Shown here one piece after another: positions 59,584 through 64,000 of a stretch of 64,000 nt of DNA. How positions within the stretch are numbered: the stretch's first letter is position 1; the number at the start of each line of letters is the position of its first letter. The notes under the pieces are model-generated. The model did not search any database. It had not been told where the DNA came from and was given only the letters and a program-made list of their open reading frames with translations. This DNA comes from Candidatus Omnitrophota bacterium (GTDB taxonomy: Bacteria; Omnitrophota; Gorgyraeia; Tantalellales; Tantalellaceae). The stretch is from the NCBI GenBank assembly GCA_015231405.1, contig JADGBR010000008.1, positions 25,216 through 89,215 of the forward strand. Direction: 5' to 3'. The position numbers and the translations under genes were made by a program.

Positions 59584-60393
59584 ATGATTTTAGAAAAAAA
59601 CAAGCCAATAGGTGTTTTTGATTCCGGGGTAGGGGGTCTTACCGTCGTAAAAAGTTTATGTGAGAAGTTGCCTTATGAAAACATCGTTTATTTTGGAGAC
59701 ACCGCAAGAGTTCCCTACGGCAATAAATCCAGGAATACCATAAAACGGTTTTCCGAAGAGATAGTAGCTTTTTTATTAAAGAAAAAGGTCAAAATGATCG
59801 TTATAGCCTGCAATACTGCCTCAAGTTTGGCTGTTGATCATTTGAAGAAGAAATTTAAACTTCCCATTCTTGGGGTTATTGAAGCGGGGGTTGAAGAGGC
59901 ATTGATCAACACGGGAAATAAGAAAATAGGAGTTATTGGGACAAACTCAACAGTGAAGAGTGGCGCTTATGAAAGGCTTTTATTGAGAAAAGAATCAAAA
60001 GCTTGTCTTGTGTCCAGAAGTTGTCCCTTATTTGTTCCATTGGTGGAGAATGGAATGATCCGTGACAGGATCACACAGCTGATTGTCGAAAGGTACTTAA
60101 GAGAGTTTAATAAAAATGGAGTTGACACATTGATCCTTGGATGTACTCATTATCCTGTATTGAAAAAGGTAATCCAAAAAGTTCTGCCGAATGTCACGCT
60201 TATCGATTCAGCTTCTGCTGTTGCTAAAAAAACAGAATTTATTTTAAAAGAAAAAAAATTGGCATCGAATGGGGACAGAGGTTTTCGAGTAATAAACTGT
60301 TTTGTCAGCGATGCCCCAGGGGATTTCAAGCGTAATGCCAGGATTTTTTTTGCGGAAGATATCAACGTAAGCAAAGCGATGTTAGAGCAATAA
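59584..60393 (+). CDS. murI: Glutamate racemase
   Basis: PIGVFDSGVGGLTV and YFGDTARVPYG motifs, and IACNTAS. Confidence 0.85.
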   Translation: MILEKNKPIGVFDSGVGGLTVVKSLCEKLPYENIVYFGDTARVPYGNKSRNTIKRFSEEIVAFLLKKKVKMIVIACNTASSLAVDHLKKKFKLPILGVIEAGVEEALINTGNKKIGVIGTNSTVKSGAYERLLLRKESKACLVSRSCPLFVPLVENGMIRDRITQLIVERYLREFNKNGVDTLILGCTHYPVLKKVIQKVLPNVTLIDSASAVAKKTEFILKEKKLASNGDRGFRVINCFVSDAPGDFKRNARIFFAEDINVSKAMLEQ

Positions 60394-60395
60394 CT

Positions 60396-61244
60396 ATGAC
60401 GCGAAAGATACAGGGTACAAAGATCAAGGAAACTGTCAAGCGATTGTGCGTTGTTTCCGGTACGGTTTTGAGAGACGATATTTACCGGGCCTTGAAAGCG
60501 AGTTATTCGGCAGAAAAGTCCGGGTCTCGGGCTAAGGAGATGCTAAAGGTCCTTTTGGATAACGCTGATATCGCGAAAAAGGACGGGCTTCCGATATGCC
60601 AGGATACAGGGATGGTCGCTGTGTTCGTTGATATCGGGCAGGATGTTGTCGTTGAAGGCGGCTACATTAAAGAAATGATCAATGAAGGAGTGAAGGACGC
60701 TTATCGGGAAGCTGATTTTCGCAAGTCGGTCGTTAAAGACCCGATTTTAAGAAAAAATACAGGCACTAATGCGCCATCAGTGATACATTTTGATATCGTG
60801 AAAGGGGATAAAATAAGTATATCGATCATGCCAAAGGGTTTTGGGGCGGAGAACAAAAGCAAAATAAAAATGTTCAACCCGACAGTTTCTCCTCTTGAAA
60901 TAGTTGAATTTTGTGTTGATGTCGTGAAAGACGCCGGTCCTGACGCCTGTCCGCCATATATCCTCGGCATTGGTTTCGGTGGGACGATGGAAGATGCCGC
61001 GCTGATGGCAAAAAAAGCTTTACTACAACCGGTGGATATAAAAAGCAAGCATAAACATTTGGCCGAGCTGGCGGAAGCGATAAAAGGGAAAGCGAATGAT
61101 CTTGAAATAGGGGTCATGGGGCTTGGAGGGGGATCCACGGTGCTGGGGGTTAATGTAGCAGCGGGGCCGACGCATATCGCCGGTCTTCCTGTGGCGGTAA
61201 ATGTCTCCTGTCACGCGTTGAGGGGCGCGAGCGCGATCATTTGA
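60396..61244 (+). CDS. Class I fumarate hydratase / Fe-S hydro-lyase, alpha (catalytic) subunit
   Basis: Two-subunit tartrate/fumarate hydro-lyase alpha-region-like sequence (PICQDTGM motif), 282 aa. Confidence 0.75.
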   Translation: MTRKIQGTKIKETVKRLCVVSGTVLRDDIYRALKASYSAEKSGSRAKEMLKVLLDNADIAKKDGLPICQDTGMVAVFVDIGQDVVVEGGYIKEMINEGVKDAYREADFRKSVVKDPILRKNTGTNAPSVIHFDIVKGDKISISIMPKGFGAENKSKIKMFNPTVSPLEIVEFCVDVVKDAGPDACPPYILGIGFGGTMEDAALMAKKALLQPVDIKSKHKHLAELAEAIKGKANDLEIGVMGLGGGSTVLGVNVAAGPTHIAGLPVAVNVSCHALRGASAII

Positions 61245-61248
61245 GGTT

Positions 61249-61785
61249 ATGGGGAAAATTAAAAGGATAAGTTCTCCGTTCAGTGAAAAAGAGATAATAT
61301 CTTTGAAAGCCGGAGAAATGGTCTTGTTGTCGGGTATTATTTTAACTGCCAGGGATCAGGCGCATAAGAGGATTTTCGAATTGATTGCGAAGGGGGAGGC
61401 ATTACCCCTGGACCTGCAAGGGCAAACCATTTATTACTGCGGACCAACTCCACCCGGGAATAGAGTTATAGGGTCCTGCGGGCCGACTACTTCGGGACGG
61501 ATGGATCCTTTTACCCCGGAGATCCTTGCTATGGGGGTAAAGGCTCTGATAGGGAAGGGCAGAAGATCAGAAGATGTTTTACAAGCCATAAAAAAAGAAA
61601 AAGCCTCTTATTTTGTTGCGCCTGCCGGGGCGGGTGCGTATTTACAGAAAAAAGTTATCAGTTCGAAGGTCCTTTGTTTCCGGGACCTTGGCCCTGAAGC
61701 TATTTATGAACTTGAAGTTAAGGATTTCCCTTTGGTAGTCGGGATCGACGCGAAAGGGAAGGATATTTATTCCAGGTTGAAATAG
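61249..61785 (+). CDS. Class I fumarate hydratase / Fe-S hydro-lyase, beta subunit
   Basis: 178 aa, YYCGPTP...GKGRRS beta-region-like sequence. Adjacent to the alpha subunit. Confidence 0.75.
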   Translation: MGKIKRISSPFSEKEIISLKAGEMVLLSGIILTARDQAHKRIFELIAKGEALPLDLQGQTIYYCGPTPPGNRVIGSCGPTTSGRMDPFTPEILAMGVKALIGKGRRSEDVLQAIKKEKASYFVAPAGAGAYLQKKVISSKVLCFRDLGPEAIYELEVKDFPLVVGIDAKGKDIYSRLK

Positions 61786-61814
61786 AACGGTGAAAAAACA
61801 ATAATGAGGAAAAT

Positions 61815-62546
61815 ATGCGTAGCGATGGCAGGAAAAATAACGAGTTGAGGAATGTTAAGATCACCCCGCATTATATCAAGCAGGCCAAAGGGTCATGTTT
61901 GATAGAGATGGGTGATACCCGGGTGATATGTACGGCTAGCGTTGAGGACGGAGTGCCGCGGTTCCTCAAGGGGAAGGGCCAGGGATGGGTCACAGCGGAA
62001 TACGGGATGCTTCCGGCTTCCTGCGCCTCAAGGGTCTCACGGGAGTCTGCTCAAGGCAAAATGTCCGGCAGGACCCATGAAGTGCAGAGGCTCATAGGAC
62101 GTTCTCTCAGGTCGATATGCGATATGAACGCCTTAGGTGAAAGGACGATCTGGATCGACGCGGATGTTATCCAGGCCGACGGCGGGACGAGATGCGCAGG
62201 GATAACAGGTAGTTTCATAGCGCTGGCAATTGCCATTGATAAAATCATGAAAGACGAACTTATCGAAGGCATGCCACTGAAAAGCCATATTGCGGCTGTT
62301 AGCGTAGGGATGGTGAAAGGGATGGAATCACTTGATCTTAACTATGAGGAAGATTCGACGGCCGAAGTTGACATGAATGTTGTGATGACGGGTAATGGGG
62401 AATTTGTTGAAATCCAAGGTACGGCGGAAAAAGAGCCGTTCAGTTCATCGACAATGGACAAAATGGTGAGTCTTGCCAAAAACGGCATTAAACAGCTTAT
62501 TGAGTGCCAGAAAGATGCGCTAAAGGCCCAAGGCATATTTATTTAG
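61815..62546 (+). CDS. rph: Ribonuclease PH
   Basis: RxDGRxxxELR N-terminus and TAEYGMLP. Length 243 aa. Confidence 0.9.
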   Translation: MRSDGRKNNELRNVKITPHYIKQAKGSCLIEMGDTRVICTASVEDGVPRFLKGKGQGWVTAEYGMLPASCASRVSRESAQGKMSGRTHEVQRLIGRSLRSICDMNALGERTIWIDADVIQADGGTRCAGITGSFIALAIAIDKIMKDELIEGMPLKSHIAAVSVGMVKGMESLDLNYEEDSTAEVDMNVVMTGNGEFVEIQGTAEKEPFSSSTMDKMVSLAKNGIKQLIECQKDALKAQGIFI

Positions 62547-62624
62547 CTATGGTAAGTTGATTTTTTCCTTGCGTATAATTAGTTTAGTGTTTATATTAAT
62601 GCAATTAACACGAGAGGTTTAGTT

Positions 62625-63224
62625 ATGGTGAATCTGTTGATCGCAACGACAAATAAGCATAAGTTGAAAGAACTCGAGATCAGGCTTAAGAGCGTTAAAG
62701 GCCTCAAGATAGTTGGATTTTCAGAGCTTGATATTGAACCTCCCATCATAGTCGAGGACGGTACTACTTTCAGGGCTAATGCTGTTAAAAAAGCGCTTAC
62801 CCTGTCGAGGTATTTTGAGGGGTTCGTACTGGCAGATGATTCCGGTATTGAAGTTGACGCACTTTGCGGTAAGCCCGGTGTAAGGTCATCGAGGTTCTCG
62901 AGGATAAATGCCACCGACGCCGAGAATAATAAAAAACTCATTAAACTGATGGAGAACGTCCCCGAAAAAAAACGCACGGCGCAGTTTGTCTGCGTTCTCG
63001 CTCTCGCGCGGAAAGGAGAATTATTGGGGACTTTCGAGGGTTTTGTGAAAGGCCGGATAGTAGATAAACGCAAGGGTAAGAACGGGTTCGGCTATGACCC
63101 GTTATTTCAGCCCGATGGTTGCAAAATGACGTTCGGCGAAATGCCCCCAGCCTCCAAGAACAAGATAAGCCACCGCACCGAAGCCCTAAAGAAACTGGAA
63201 GCATCCATCGGGAAATATCTCTAG
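62625..63224 (+). CDS. rdgB: Non-canonical purine NTP pyrophosphatase (RdgB/HAM1)
   Basis: LLIATTNKHKLKE and DDSGIEVDALCGKPGVRSSRF. Confidence 0.85.
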   Translation: MVNLLIATTNKHKLKELEIRLKSVKGLKIVGFSELDIEPPIIVEDGTTFRANAVKKALTLSRYFEGFVLADDSGIEVDALCGKPGVRSSRFSRINATDAENNKKLIKLMENVPEKKRTAQFVCVLALARKGELLGTFEGFVKGRIVDKRKGKNGFGYDPLFQPDGCKMTFGEMPPASKNKISHRTEALKKLEASIGKYL

Positions 63225-63241
63225 TTTTGCCGGCGCAATTC

Positions 63242-63270
63242 TTGACTATATAACCAAAGTGGAATATACT
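63242..63270 (+). promoter_or_regulatory. Sigma70-like promoter, TTGACT-17nt-TATACT
   Basis: TTGACT at 63242-63247 and TATACT at 63265-63270, about 37 nt upstream of the ATPase ATG. Confidence 0.35.
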
Positions 63271-63306
63271 CCTATTTGGTATGACTAAAGCGGAGTAGAG
63301 ACTGCG

Positions 63307-64000
63307 ATGAAAAATTTTAAAAGGGTACTTGATGTTGAGCTCCCTAATAAACAATCGGCTTTTTTATGGGGAGCGCGTAAAACCGGAAAAAGCACGTACC
63401 TTAAGGAGAAATTCCCGGGAAGCATTGTTTATGATCTCCTGAGAGCGGATGTGTTCTTTGAGTTCTCGAAGGATCCGTCCATGCTGCGTGAACGCCTGCT
63501 CGCCGTGGAAGGCCCTGCACTTAAGAGGCCTGTGATAATCGATGAAGTGCAAAAGGTGCCCGGGCTTCTTGACGAAGTGCATTGGCTCATTGAAAATAAG
63601 GGTTTGCGGTTCGTGCTGTGCGGTTCGAGCGCGAGGAAGCTCAAGCAAGGGCATGCGAATTTATTGGGAGGCAGGGCTTGGCGGTATGAGCTTTTTCCGC
63701 TGGCGAGTCATGAGATAGGGAAGGTAGATCTATTGCGTGCGTTAAACCACGGATTGATACCAAGCCACTATCTGCAAAATGACGAAGATTGCCGGAGGTC
63801 ATTAAAAGCTTATGTTCAGGACTATCTCAGGGAAGAGGTTTTTGCGGAAGGGTTGACGCGTAATATCCCGTCATTTTCGAGATTTTTTGACGCTCTGGGA
63901 TATTCTCACGGAGAACTGACAAATTATTGCAATATCGCCAGGGAATGCGGGGTTGATGCGAAGACGGTTAAGGAGTATTACCAGATACTCGTGGATACTC
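63307..64000 (+). CDS. AAA-family ATPase (DUF4143-type), 5' part only; continues beyond the window
   Basis: My own translation from the ATG at 63307: MKNFKRVLDVELPNKQSAFLWGARKTGKSTYLKE..., with a Walker A GARKTGKST and a later VIIDEVQ Walker B. Absent from the ORF track because it is not closed. Confidence 0.6.
   Translation, partial: MKNFKRVLDVELPNKQSAFLWGARKTGKSTYLKEKFPGSIVYDLLRADVFFEFSKDPSMLRERLLAVEGPALKRPVIIDEVQKVPGLLDEVHWLIENKGLRFVLCGSSARKLKQGHANLLGGRAWRYELFPLASHEIGKVDLLRALNHGLIPSHYLQNDEDCRRSLKAYVQDYLREEVFAEGLTRNIPSFSRFFDALGYSHGELTNYCNIARECGVDAKTVKEYYQILVDT

Noticed and set aside
62547-62624. TTGATT ... TATAAT as the rdgB promoter
   Set aside because: The spacer between the hexamers is only 11 nt, so it is not a plausible sigma70 promoter.
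1-64000. CRISPR arrays, rRNA, tRNA and integrase/transposase genes
   Set aside because: Visual scanning of the intergenic spacers found no regularly spaced direct repeats, no tRNA-like cloverleaf candidates and no recombinase-like ORFs. tRNAscan or Infernal would be needed to exclude small RNAs fully.

Overview
Window of about 64 kb from a bacterial chromosome with roughly 45-50% GC and clear GGAGG-type ribosome-binding sites; I cannot assign a taxon. No rRNA, tRNA or CRISPR was recognised. The content, in order, is as follows.
(1) At 1-2.2 kb, a minus-strand operon of a DUF3047 protein, an OlsB-like N-acyltransferase and a PlsC/OlsA-like O-acyltransferase, consistent with ornithine-lipid synthesis.
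(2) At 2.3-6.7 kb, a pyruvoyl-dependent arginine decarboxylase (PdaD) followed by a phosphorelay: a CHASE4 hybrid histidine kinase with two receiver domains, an Hpt protein, and a receiver protein carrying a kinase-less HisKA-like domain.
(3) At 6.7-8.6 kb, the ABC-F ATPase Uup.
(4) At 8.6-13.6 kb, two convergent operons: a FemAB-like GNAT-fold enzyme with two SMR/ArnEF-like 4-TM proteins, facing an alpha/beta hydrolase, an MtnX-like HAD phosphatase and a class-III aminotransferase.
(5) At 13.8 kb, a small zinc-ribbon protein followed by a terminator.
(6) At 14.2-18.6 kb, a TetR-regulated TolC-EmrA-EmrB-type efflux system.
(7) At 18.6-24.7 kb, a CzcCBA/CusCBA-type heavy-metal RND efflux system.
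(8) At 24.7-29 kb, an APC-type permease with a long C-terminal domain, a small nucleotidyltransferase-fold protein and an AsmA-like protein.
(9) At 29.1-59.4 kb, a roughly 30 kb surface-polysaccharide locus. It contains a WbaP-like priming transferase; a 2421-aa membrane protein combining a TIKI/TraB/GumN-like domain, a Hanks Ser/Thr kinase and two LamG domains; CDP-3,6-dideoxyhexose genes (RfbF, RfbG, E1 dehydrase, RmlC-like, RmlD-like); Glf; GT8, GT4 and GT26 transferases; Wzy; and Wzc/Wza export genes, partly in a low-GC sub-region.
(10) At 59.6-64 kb, housekeeping genes murI, class I fumarase alpha and beta subunits, rph and rdgB, and a partial DUF4143-type ATPase.
Three copies of a palindromic repeat family (GTCATTGCGAG...CGAAGCAATC) sit in intergenic spacers. 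The most unusual element is the giant kinase/LamG/TIKI-like protein at the head of the polysaccharide locus.
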